Shown here: piece after piece, positions 37,485 to 45,993 of the stretch
How positions within the stretch are numbered: the first letter of the stretch is position 1
Layout of the letters: every line of letters starts with the position of its first letter
DNA from: a virus
Reading direction: 5' to 3' (one strand)
Length of the DNA: 64,000 nucleotides
Virus record (IMG/VR): IMGVR_UViG_3300046167_000876
Made by a program: the position numbers and the translations under genes
Notes under the pieces: generated by a model
The model's input: only the letters and a program-made list of their open reading frames with translations
The model's database searches: none
What the model was told of the DNA's origin: nothing

Positions 37485-38109
37485 CAATTTGGATAAGTAA
37501 AAAAATAATTGTATATTATGATTAATATAGGTAAAGAATGGCGTTGGATGGATGATGAGTTGTTAGAACAAGGTGTAGATGATTTTATATCATATTCAAC
37601 AGGTAGTGGAGCAGTAGAAGATTAGTTATGAGAAAAAAAAGAGAATATAGAGGTTGTGAATGGGAAAGTCCAATATTTAGAGAAATAATGAGAGAAAAAT
37701 GGGCTAAAGAAGGTAAAACGAAAATAAACGAATATAAAACAAAAAGAGGCAAACGAAGCTCTTTATAACACCACACAATAACCTAATACGTATATACAAA
37801 CATGAGTAAATCTATAAATAACTTAATAAAGATATTAGAACAAGATATCAAATTAAATGATGATCAACCACTTACTACTAAAAAATTAAAACGTATATTG
37901 GAGGTAGCAGTAGAAAATAAATCAGAATAATATGTTGGTAGGAGTAGGTATAGCAATATTTATTGTAGTTTGGATTTGGATAATTTGGGAACTTTATACT
38001 GCTCCACTTATTGATGATGTTGGAAATATTGATGTTACAGATGTTGACATTGAAGATGACTTGTGGGATAAGAACCACATTGAAGATATGGATTAAAAAA
38101 TAAATTAAA

Positions 38110-38268
38110 ATGCCGTTATATAAAATAGGAATTACCCCAGTAGATAGTGAAATTGAACCTTATGTAGTTAAAATTGAGACAGACGACATTGAATGGTCTA
38201 TGGAACAATATCAACGTAATAGAGAACCACTTGAGTGGGAGATGTTGAATTGGAATATTAGAGTATAA
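38110..38268 (+). CDS. hypothetical protein (52 aa), not in ORF track
   Basis: MPLYKIG...IETDDIEWSMEQYQRNR; TAATG overlap with the next gene. Confidence 0.6.
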   Translation: MPLYKIGITPVDSEIEPYVVKIETDDIEWSMEQYQRNREPLEWEMLNWNIRV

Positions 38269-38465
38269 TGTCGTGTTCAAAACATGACATAGAAGAAGAA
38301 TATGTATTTGAGTTTAAAGGTAAACGATATGAATGCATAGGTGAAGATAGGGAATTTCAAATTACACAATTCAGATTTGCAATAAAGGATAAACAATGGC
38401 TAACGGTCAGTAATCGAATAATAAATCAACTTAAATGGGGTCCAAACATAAGGATAGTAAATTAA
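38268..38465 (+). CDS. hypothetical protein
   Basis: Coupled ORF. Confidence 0.6.
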   Translation: MSCSKHDIEEEYVFEFKGKRYECIGEDREFQITQFRFAIKDKQWLTVSNRIINQLKWGPNIRIVN

Positions 38466-38806
38466 ATTATTGTGAGTGGTGTGGTAATAAAACACCATTA
38501 GGTAGGACAATGCAAGCGGAAACACCAATATTGGAATTTATGGAGGAAAAGATTGATTTGATTGGTAGAGAAGATATTTGGGGTGTTCATGGTGATTGGA
38601 GTACGGTTGATATTGATAGTGATCTGGAAGCTGAGTTGTTGATATATGATGAGATGTTGAATACGGTTAGTAAACGAACTGTATGTGAAGTGTGTTTAGT
38701 ACAAGATAATAAAATGTATAAAAAATATTATAGCGGAATGATAGGGGAGGTAAATAACGATTCAGATGACGACGATGAAGATCATTATATAATAGAGTTA
38801 GAGTAG
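38435..38806 (+). CDS. hypothetical protein with two CxxC pairs and an acidic tail
   Basis: CEWC, CEVC, DSDDDDED. Confidence 0.65.
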   Translation: MGSKHKDSKLNYCEWCGNKTPLGRTMQAETPILEFMEEKIDLIGREDIWGVHGDWSTVDIDSDLEAELLIYDEMLNTVSKRTVCEVCLVQDNKMYKKYYSGMIGEVNNDSDDDDEDHYIIELE

Positions 38807-38830
38807 AAACAATCAACAATAAAATAATAT

Positions 38831-39004
38831 ATGGGTAAAAATGGAGGAATATTTCGATTTAAGTATACTGAATTATTAAGTAATGGTGTTGAACAGGAAG
38901 GATCATTGATTATAGAAACAAAAGATGTGGTTCGTTCAATTGGAAGATTTGGTGAGAGTAGACAATTAATAGATTTAGATGTAAAACAATTAAACAATAA
39001 ATAA
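38831..39004 (+). CDS. hypothetical protein (57 aa), not in ORF track
   Basis: MGKNGGIFRF...IETKDVVRS; similar to 38110..38268. Confidence 0.55.
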   Translation: MGKNGGIFRFKYTELLSNGVEQEGSLIIETKDVVRSIGRFGESRQLIDLDVKQLNNK

Positions 39005-39594
39005 CATGAGTAAAAACAGTCACAAAGCGTTGTACGAGCAGTTGATGCAATGGTTACCAACGTTGAAAACTAAACGTAAAAAACCGGTTAAACGAGGCAA
39101 TACACAACCTAGGTTTATCGATTATAATGTTAAAATTAAAAATGGATCAAATGCGAGACGATAATAAACAATTGTATAAACAAATTGGTAGTATGTTTGG
39201 GGATCTTGTAATGGCCTTGGTTGTTGGTATGTTAGGAGTGGTTGCTTTGTTTGGAATCGTGAGTGCAATATGGAATTTGATTGCATAAGTGTGACAAACC
39301 ATATACAAAGTATGGAATATGGATATTGAGATATTTAAACATCCGTATATTTGGTTATAGTAGGTGACAAATAGTTAATGTGTTGTGTGGGTTGAGATGA
39401 AGGTGGTGTTAACCCATTCACATAGGCAACCACGCCTCTTCGACTTACCTTAAAGTATATACGTCGAATTGCATTATCCGCAATTGGCACACGTGTACAT
39501 TCTTTTTATTCACAATGGCCTGGCATTAAAAATGAGGATATGACAAAGCCAAATACATTTGTAATAAGGCATGAACACATTGTTCACGAATAAA

Positions 39595-39667
39595 TTTGGA
39601 TACACGGGATAGAGTTCGTATATTTACCATGTTGAGCAATTAAGCATCAGCAATAAATAAAGGTTAT
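39595..39667 (+). promoter_or_regulatory. repeated promoter/5'-hairpin cassette, copy 4
   Basis: TTTG-N20-TATATTTA, hairpin GTTGAGC-AATTAA-GC(A)TCAGC. Confidence 0.8.
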
Positions 39668-39817
39668 ATGTCAACAATGCACTCGTACACACTATTAGAA
39701 TCAATCGTTTATGAATTACAATCAAAAGGCGCTATCGTCGATCCATGTGTTGTAGATGATTTAATTACCTGTATCACTACCACTAAAAAAGTTGAATACA
39801 ATAAAATAAAATTATAA
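39668..39817 (+). CDS. hypothetical protein (49 aa), not in ORF track
   Basis: First ATG after the cassette. Confidence 0.55.
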   Translation: MSTMHSYTLLESIVYELQSKGAIVDPCVVDDLITCITTTKKVEYNKIKL

Positions 39818-39832
39818 TATTAAATAAAGGTT

Positions 39833-40018
39833 ATGAAAAGTATAATTAAAGGCAGTGAACCAATCCCAAAGTATGTGTTAACAGTTGATATAAACATTGG
39901 CTATGAAAACATATGGCGTGGTGATGACATTAAAGAGGGTATACACTATAGAGATATCGCAATTAAACATTGGGGGCAAAGACGCTGTAGCGCTATTGCC
40001 AGCCGAATAACATTATAA
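39833..40018 (+). CDS. hypothetical protein
   Basis: AAAGGTT-ATG start context. Confidence 0.6.
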   Translation: MKSIIKGSEPIPKYVLTVDINIGYENIWRGDDIKEGIHYRDIAIKHWGQRRCSAIASRITL

Positions 40019-40324
40019 CAAACATATTACTTACTACCGTGGTACTCCTTACCGCGGTGGCACTTCTGTACACCGTACTTACTACCTTACCCGTACATAC
40101 TGATTACATACTTAATACATAAGTTATGCCGGCGTACCGCCGCATATATATGTACATAATCCCATACGCGTTGGTATCCATATAGCGTGTATATGTGAAG
40201 AAAAGGGTGTAGACCAACACATAAAGCTCGTACGATCTTACACCATCGAATTGTATATACTTATATCGCAAAGCCTATTTAGGCCAAAAAATACAAAATG
40301 TCAAAGATCCGAAATTTTTTTTTC

Positions 40325-40943
40325 TTAAAAATTTTCGCCGTCGATAAATTCTTCAAATAAATCTATGGCTTTATCCCATGGAACTAAGTTATCCCAATCA
40401 TCCTTATTATAACCTAATATAAAACATAGCGTCCACCTTCCTTCTTCGGTTGGATTATATGAAGAATGGAATGTACCCACGTTAACTAAACTTGGTTGAT
40501 CGGTATTTGCTTCATATACCAACTCACATTCTTCTTCTTTCAATACTATACTCCTATGATGTCTATCAGAGAAGTTTTCTGACTTGACATTATCATACTC
40601 ATCTATGCTCCTATAGTTACTATTATATTCTTCTTTTTCAGTGAAAATTGGGGGCATTCCACCATCTTGTTGTTCCCTCCGGAGGACCCCATGAAACATT
40701 AATTTTAACATGATCATCTTGTTTCCAATCATCAATGTGTATAGGTAGTTTTTTACCCCCAGGAGTATAAAATAATTCAGTATTAACTATAATCAAACCT
40801 AGTTGATCAGCTAGTTTTTCTATGTTCTCATCTTTATGGTAGGGTATATCATAATGTTTTAAATCTTTGGGTTTAACATTACAAATTTGAGGTTTTCGTA
40901 TTTCAAAAGGTAAATTAAGATATCTATGATATTTATTAAGCAT
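40325..40943 (-). CDS. cupin/2OG-Fe(II) oxygenase-like protein; the two listed ORFs joined across one extra base near 40650
   Basis: LPIHIDD (HxD) in the first part and TFHSSYN...RWTL in the second; removing one base of the G5 run restores one frame. Confidence 0.6.
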
Positions 40944-41679
40944 ACCCCAGAATTTTTTTAATATGGTTTTTTCTTATCTCATCAGTATTATCATCATATA
41001 ATTCATGTGCTAATTCTAAAATCTTTTTTTGTTCTTCTTCCTCAATCTCTTTAGTTATTACAGAGTTATCTATTTTAACCTCTAAACCAATATAGGGGTA
41101 ATATTTATCTTCATTATAGTGATTATCTTTATTCCAGACAGGACTAGATTCAATGGCTTTACAATCAGGATGTAACCAACCCTTTTCTTTCGCTACATTT
41201 TCATCAACATGGTATTCCATAGACACCATAACCATATTTTTTCTACCCTTTATTTTTTTAATCCCATAACGAGATATACCTCTAACTTCTACCCATACTT
41301 CATTTACGTCAATTTCTTTTTCACTTGTGGGTTTTTGTAACATTACATTAAAACGGACAGCAATTTTCCCTTTTAAATTGTCACTTCTAATTGGTTCTTC
41401 TTCAAACCCACTAGAATACCACGAAATATTATAATTATAGTATGGATTTAGTTCGGTTTCTAAATCTAACCCATAATGGGACAAGATAATTTGTCCTATA
41501 ATCTCTATACTAGTATAATTTAACCCTAAACCATTAATAAATTCTTCTTCATTCTTAGAAAAATTATGAGTCCTACCATTTTCACCTATTGGATTTAAAT
41601 AACTATCCCTGTTTTTTTTATTTAAAATCCAATTTAATGTAGGTTCGGTTAAATCCTTATCAATTATTAGTTTTTCCAT
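40936..41679 (-). CDS. hypothetical protein, degenerate 2OG-Fe(II) oxygenase-like
   Basis: NISWYSSG...VRFNVMLQKP scaffold without an HxD motif. Confidence 0.55.
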   Translation of the reverse strand: MEKLIIDKDLTEPTLNWILNKKNRDSYLNPIGENGRTHNFSKNEEEFINGLGLNYTSIEIIGQIILSHYGLDLETELNPYYNYNISWYSSGFEEEPIRSDNLKGKIAVRFNVMLQKPTSEKEIDVNEVWVEVRGISRYGIKKIKGRKNMVMVSMEYHVDENVAKEKGWLHPDCKAIESSPVWNKDNHYNEDKYYPYIGLEVKIDNSVITKEIEEEEQKKILELAHELYDDNTDEIRKNHIKKILGYA

Positions 41680-42087
41680 TTAATAATTACTTGTCATGTT
41701 TGGATCTTGCGCCATAAATTTTATGGTGTTTTTTAATTGCATTATTTCATTAAATGCATCCGTAACATTTTTGTTAAACACTTTATTCGATTGTTCAATT
41801 TTACTCACATTCCCATATGCTACCGTATCTAATTCTTTTATACGCTTATTGATACTACTCAGACTCTCATACTGATCTTTCTCCATATTCGCCTGAATAT
41901 CTTTAACTAATACTTTCAGATCATCTATTGCATCATCCACATCCGCATTTCTAATAGAGGAGATATTTGATTGTGATTGATGTCGCGCCAGCAATTCCGT
42001 ATGTGAAGATTTTACCGAACGTAATAACTTAACCCCATATAGTATCCCTACCGATAGTACTCCACTAATAAAATATAATAATTCCAT
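41680..42087 (-). CDS. membrane-anchored coiled-coil protein
   Basis: N-terminal TM helix followed by heptad-rich region. Confidence 0.65.
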   Translation of the reverse strand: MELLYFISGVLSVGILYGVKLLRSVKSSHTELLARHQSQSNISSIRNADVDDAIDDLKVLVKDIQANMEKDQYESLSSINKRIKELDTVAYGNVSKIEQSNKVFNKNVTDAFNEIMQLKNTIKFMAQDPNMTSNY

Positions 42088-42090
42088 AAT

Positions 42091-42408
42091 TTACAAATAT
42101 TCGTTTTTTACAATTTTTTCTATGTCAAACCATAGTGTTTCTAAATTAATTCTCGCTTTATAATACCCTCTTTCAAAATATGCAATTGTAGGTACTTCTT
42201 CTATAGTATTTGGATATAATAATACTGATCTAGGAGAAGATTGTACATCTACATATGCTATTGGAATTAAATCACTCACATTTTTTAATTTAGGTTTTAT
42301 TCTTTTACAAGCTCCACAACCCATAGACCCAAATACTACTAGTATTTTAGGTGCGGATAAAAAATTAGAGAGATTATCCCTTGTTATTTCAATAAAGTTT
42401 TTATTCAT
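42091..42408 (-). CDS. thioredoxin-fold protein
   Basis: VFGSMGCGACK, EVPTI; start placed at ATG 42408 because the listed upstream extension overlaps a promoter. Confidence 0.75.
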   Translation of the reverse strand: MNKNFIEITRDNLSNFLSAPKILVVFGSMGCGACKRIKPKLKNVSDLIPIAYVDVQSSPRSVLLYPNTIEEVPTIAYFERGYYKARINLETLWFDIEKIVKNEYL

Positions 42409-42412
42409 GTGG

Positions 42413-42444
42413 TTAATATACAAACCCCAATTCAAGTATACACG
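42413..42444 (-). promoter_or_regulatory. -33/-7 promoter for the minus-strand island
   Basis: CGTG-N20-TATATTAA on the reverse strand, 4 nt before ATG. Confidence 0.5.
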
Positions 42445-42557
42445 CTATTTTTAGTATTTTTTTATATATATTGTATATACGTATTTATGGATATGAGCAT
42501 GTATAAGAGAAAGAGTCGTTTTTCGCCCCTTACATATTTATAATAAAAAACAATCAT

Positions 42558-42914
42558 ATGGCATCATATACTGCAAAACAATTAAATGGAAAAGGAACAC
42601 CTATTGAAGAATTAACAGCAGGTACATCTTATGGTTTTGTAATTACTAATCTAAATAGTACGGGATCATCTTATTTTACTGTAGAAACAGTTAGAAATTT
42701 AAGTGGATCATATGCGGGGCAACCTACTAATGCTTTAGGGACTTATTCTGATTTTAATGGGATTGATAATAATACTTTAATTACTTCATCTTATATTTCA
42801 TCAGTTGTAGTTCCAAAAGGACAAGGGAGATATACTTTTACACCCACCGGAACTGTAGATGCTGGTTCTTCTATGTTAAGAGCTACAGGTGGGATTTCTC
42901 TTGTGATTTCTTAA
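42558..42914 (+). CDS. probable virion-associated beta-rich protein
   Basis: S/T/G-rich with TGS/SGS/TSS motifs; ATATTTATAA upstream. Confidence 0.6.
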   Translation: MASYTAKQLNGKGTPIEELTAGTSYGFVITNLNSTGSSYFTVETVRNLSGSYAGQPTNALGTYSDFNGIDNNTLITSSYISSVVVPKGQGRYTFTPTGTVDAGSSMLRATGGISLVIS

Positions 42915-43008
42915 AAGTAATGCGCAGGAGGTTTGGCTACCCAGGATATCATTCGTATATTCACCATGTTGTGATAATGAAGTTACAGCACTAAAAACAA
43001 TAAAGGTT
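42913..43008 (+). promoter_or_regulatory. repeated promoter/5'-hairpin cassette, copy 5
   Basis: AAAAGTAATGCGCAGG, TTTG-N20-TATATTCA, hairpin GTTGTGAT-AATGAA-GTTACAGC. Confidence 0.8.
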
Positions 43009-43353
43009 ATGACAGTTCAAGAAGTTAAAAATTTCAGAGTTGATTTTGAAAATGCAGTTACAGAATTGCAAAAAAAGTATGGTGTTAATATTAGCACAGG
43101 TGCTATCCGTTATTCAGATAGTGAATTAAGATTTAAAGTTACCGCTCGTAAAGGTAAAGTTACTCCTAAATTAACTAAAGAAGCTTTCCAAGTGGGAGAT
43201 GTTGTTAAAATTAATCATAAAAGTGCTATTGGTAAGCAATTTAAAATTGAAAAAATTATGACTAAAAACATTAGGGTTACAGAAATTAATCTTCCTAAAG
43301 GTCGTATTGGAGGTCAAGTTAGAGTTTCACCAAGTTTATTAGAAAAGCTTTAA
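43009..43353 (+). CDS. hypothetical protein with C-terminal SH3/KOW-like region
   Basis: FQVGDVVKI...VRVSPSLL. Confidence 0.7.
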   Translation: MTVQEVKNFRVDFENAVTELQKKYGVNISTGAIRYSDSELRFKVTARKGKVTPKLTKEAFQVGDVVKINHKSAIGKQFKIEKIMTKNIRVTEINLPKGRIGGQVRVSPSLLEKL

Positions 43354-43432
43354 AAGTAATGCACGGGAAGCTTGGCTTCCCGGGCTATCTTTCGTATATT
43401 CAAGTATATTAATAATTAAATAAATCAAAGTT
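43352..43432 (+). promoter_or_regulatory. repeated promoter cassette, copy 6 (no GTTG hairpin)
   Basis: AAAAGTAATGCACGGG, CTTG-N20-TATATTCA, CCCGGG in the spacer. Confidence 0.75.
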
Positions 43433-44242
43433 ATGTTAAATTACACAAATTCAGAGTTTAAAAGTTTAGAAGAGTTAAAAGAAATCGCTCCAAGTATTTT
43501 TACCCAAGTTGGTTCAGAAAATACAAGTGATAAGTACACCCACATTCCAACTGATCAAGTGATCAAAGATATGGAATTATTAGGTTGGGGAGTTGTTGAT
43601 GCAAAAGAAGTTAAATCTAGAAAAGAATCAACAAATGGTTTCCAAAAACATTTAGTTGTTTTTAGAAATAATGATGTTGTTATTAATGGTGAAGATGGTG
43701 ATACTGTTTACCCACAAGTATTACTTACAAATTCACATGATGGAAAAAATTCATTCCAATTTACAGCTGGATTGTTTAGAATGATTTGTGAAAATGGTTT
43801 AGTTATAGCTACAGATACATTTGAGGATATTAAGATTCGTCATATGGGTTATGATTTTTCAACTTTACAAGATACTATTAAAGAAATGGTTGAAAAATTA
43901 CCTTTAACTGTTGAAGCAATGAATAAGATGAAAGAAGTTGAATTACAAGAAGAACAAATGTTTGATCTTGCTAAATCGTTTCTAAATATTAGAGTAGAAG
44001 GTACGGAAAATACCTTTGATGATCAAGCAATTGAAGAAGTTTTAGAAGCTCAACGTTCAAAAGATGAAGGTAATATGCTTTGGGAAGTATTTAATCGTGT
44101 TCAGGAAAATATTATTGAAGGTAATTTCGAATATATTACAAAAACAGGAAAAAAACGTCAAGCTCGAGTTATTAAAAACTTTAAGCAAGATCAGATTGTA
44201 AATAAAAAAATGTTTAGTAAAGCTTTAGAATTTGCAGCATAA
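43433..44242 (+). CDS. DUF932/DUF945-family protein
   Basis: APSIF, SDKYTHIPT, LTNSHDG, AGLFRMICENGL, LWEVFNRVQEN. Confidence 0.85.
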   Translation: MLNYTNSEFKSLEELKEIAPSIFTQVGSENTSDKYTHIPTDQVIKDMELLGWGVVDAKEVKSRKESTNGFQKHLVVFRNNDVVINGEDGDTVYPQVLLTNSHDGKNSFQFTAGLFRMICENGLVIATDTFEDIKIRHMGYDFSTLQDTIKEMVEKLPLTVEAMNKMKEVELQEEQMFDLAKSFLNIRVEGTENTFDDQAIEEVLEAQRSKDEGNMLWEVFNRVQENIIEGNFEYITKTGKKRQARVIKNFKQDQIVNKKMFSKALEFAA

Positions 44243-44892
44243 TGAAAAAGTTAATTTACATAAGTTTAGTAATTTCCCTCCTTGCATGTAGTAAGGAGGA
44301 GATTACTTTATCTCCATATCCATGTTTAGATGGAAATTGTGATACCTTCTTTTATATTGACCCCGTAGTTTCTCCTGGGGTGTATCAAGATGGGAATGGA
44401 TATTGGCATATTCAACATTGGGGATATCAATATTTTACTATTAAAGGTGAACTAGATGAAATACATCCAGATTATATTATTAATGGTACTCCTTTAGTTG
44501 AAACTATATTTGATTCCAATTATTGGCTTTGGATAAATGGTCTTACTTTTACAGTACCCTTGTATAGTGTTCTTGGTTTTTTTACTAGTGGGGATTATTT
44601 AAATCCTATTCCTGTTGGAAATTTAACCTATACTATTGAAAATATGACTGAACTCCATCCTCCACTTAATATTGTAGGTTATGAGGTTAGTAAACACCAA
44701 TGTTTAGATTGTCCTTATACTTCTGAATTGTTAGGTACACGTAGTAAATACACTACATTTCCCCAACAACAAATTTTCTTTGATAATCAAATGGTAGGGG
44801 ACACAGCTACTATATTTATAAAAACTATATTTAATACCGATATAGGGCCTAAAGCTGAAGTTGAAAAAGAACTTAATATTATATTTGACTAA
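44242..44892 (+). CDS. lipoprotein
   Basis: MKK + hydrophobic stretch + LLAC lipobox, followed by SKEE. Confidence 0.75.
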   Translation: MKKLIYISLVISLLACSKEEITLSPYPCLDGNCDTFFYIDPVVSPGVYQDGNGYWHIQHWGYQYFTIKGELDEIHPDYIINGTPLVETIFDSNYWLWINGLTFTVPLYSVLGFFTSGDYLNPIPVGNLTYTIENMTELHPPLNIVGYEVSKHQCLDCPYTSELLGTRSKYTTFPQQQIFFDNQMVGDTATIFIKTIFNTDIGPKAEVEKELNIIFD

Positions 44893-45033
44893 TGAATTAC
44901 CAAATTAAAGAAAGATTATATTATAAAGTAAATAAAGCTATTGATTCTTTGGAATCACGAGATATTAATGGTACCTTACTTATATTAGAAAGTTTAAGAA
45001 AAGAAATACAAGATAAAATTTACGATTAAAATT

Positions 45034-45225
45034 ATGGAAAAACAAACATTAGAAGAACAAAAAGCAGAATTAATTAATGATTTATTAGCAGTTAGTACTG
45101 TAATGGATGAATTATGGGATTACCACCCAGATAACCCTAATAAAAAAGATGTTGTTCATGAATATAAAGTCTTAGAAAAGATTTTAAAGGATGTAGAACA
45201 GGAAATTAAGGAATTAGAGAATTAA
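45034..45225 (+). CDS. hypothetical protein (LWDYHPDNP motif)
   Basis: Helical hairpin ORF. Confidence 0.65.
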   Translation: MEKQTLEEQKAELINDLLAVSTVMDELWDYHPDNPNKKDVVHEYKVLEKILKDVEQEIKELEN

Positions 45226-45244
45226 TTTACATATTTATAATTAA

Positions 45245-45679
45245 ATGACATTAATGATAGATAAAAATAAAATATTTCAACTATTTGTAGATGGTAAGGA
45301 AATCGAAGATGATAAGACCAAACAAGAAATAAAAGATTTTATGAATGGACCTTATGCTAAAATAGGGATGTTTGTTAAACTCATTCAAAATCATGAAATA
45401 TTCCATAAAAAATTAGAAAAATTTCTTAAACAAGAACAACCAGATTATAATGTTGAATCTACTAAGGAAGCATCTGAATATACTGTCTATCACAGGGCTT
45501 GGAGTTATATAAAGCAAATTAATTTAGATCAAAAAGATGATATTAATGCTATTATAAATTTTAATCCAAAAATATTTCTTAAAACTTTAGACAGCGCAAT
45601 CCAATTTTTTGAATCATATGAAGAATATGAAAAATGCGCACATATATATAAAATCAAAGAAATAGTTAAAGCAGTTTAA
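45245..45679 (+). CDS. hypothetical protein with C-terminal EEYEKC (UVR-like) motif
   Basis: Shares its C-terminal motif with 28404..28709. Confidence 0.7.
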   Translation: MTLMIDKNKIFQLFVDGKEIEDDKTKQEIKDFMNGPYAKIGMFVKLIQNHEIFHKKLEKFLKQEQPDYNVESTKEASEYTVYHRAWSYIKQINLDQKDDINAIINFNPKIFLKTLDSAIQFFESYEEYEKCAHIYKIKEIVKAV

Positions 45680-45814
45680 AAATAATTAGGTTCCCCAAAA
45701 ATCTATTCGTACATTAGTATTACAGGTTTTGTAAGAAAAGGGAATAAGAAGGGATTGGAAATAAAGGTAATAAAAGGGGTTAAGGAATACCCTGTTAATC
45801 AATATAAATATATT

Positions 45815-45979
45815 ATGAAAAACAAAGATTATGTAATTCAATTATTAGAAAAATTAGAGGGTAAATTTGCCCAATTAGATTTTATCACTACCAGACAAGA
45901 ACCATTAGAAACTTATAAAAAGGTACTTAATGAGGGTAAAGATATTATATCAGATGTAAAAACAGCAATTGAAAGATAA
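45815..45979 (+). CDS. hypothetical protein (54 aa)
   Basis: ATG 45815 preferred; the listed upstream extension is a purine-rich leader. Confidence 0.6.
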   Translation: MKNKDYVIQLLEKLEGKFAQLDFITTRQEPLETYKKVLNEGKDIISDVKTAIER

Positions 45980-45993
45980 ATAAATAAAGGGTT

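Noticed and set aside
30169-43432. CRISPR array or transposon-end reading of the repeats
   Set aside because: Repeats are hundreds to thousands of bases apart, irregularly spaced, promoter-shaped and followed by genes; no cas or transposase genes. The Cas4-like nuclease at 13733 fits a phage recombination exonuclease
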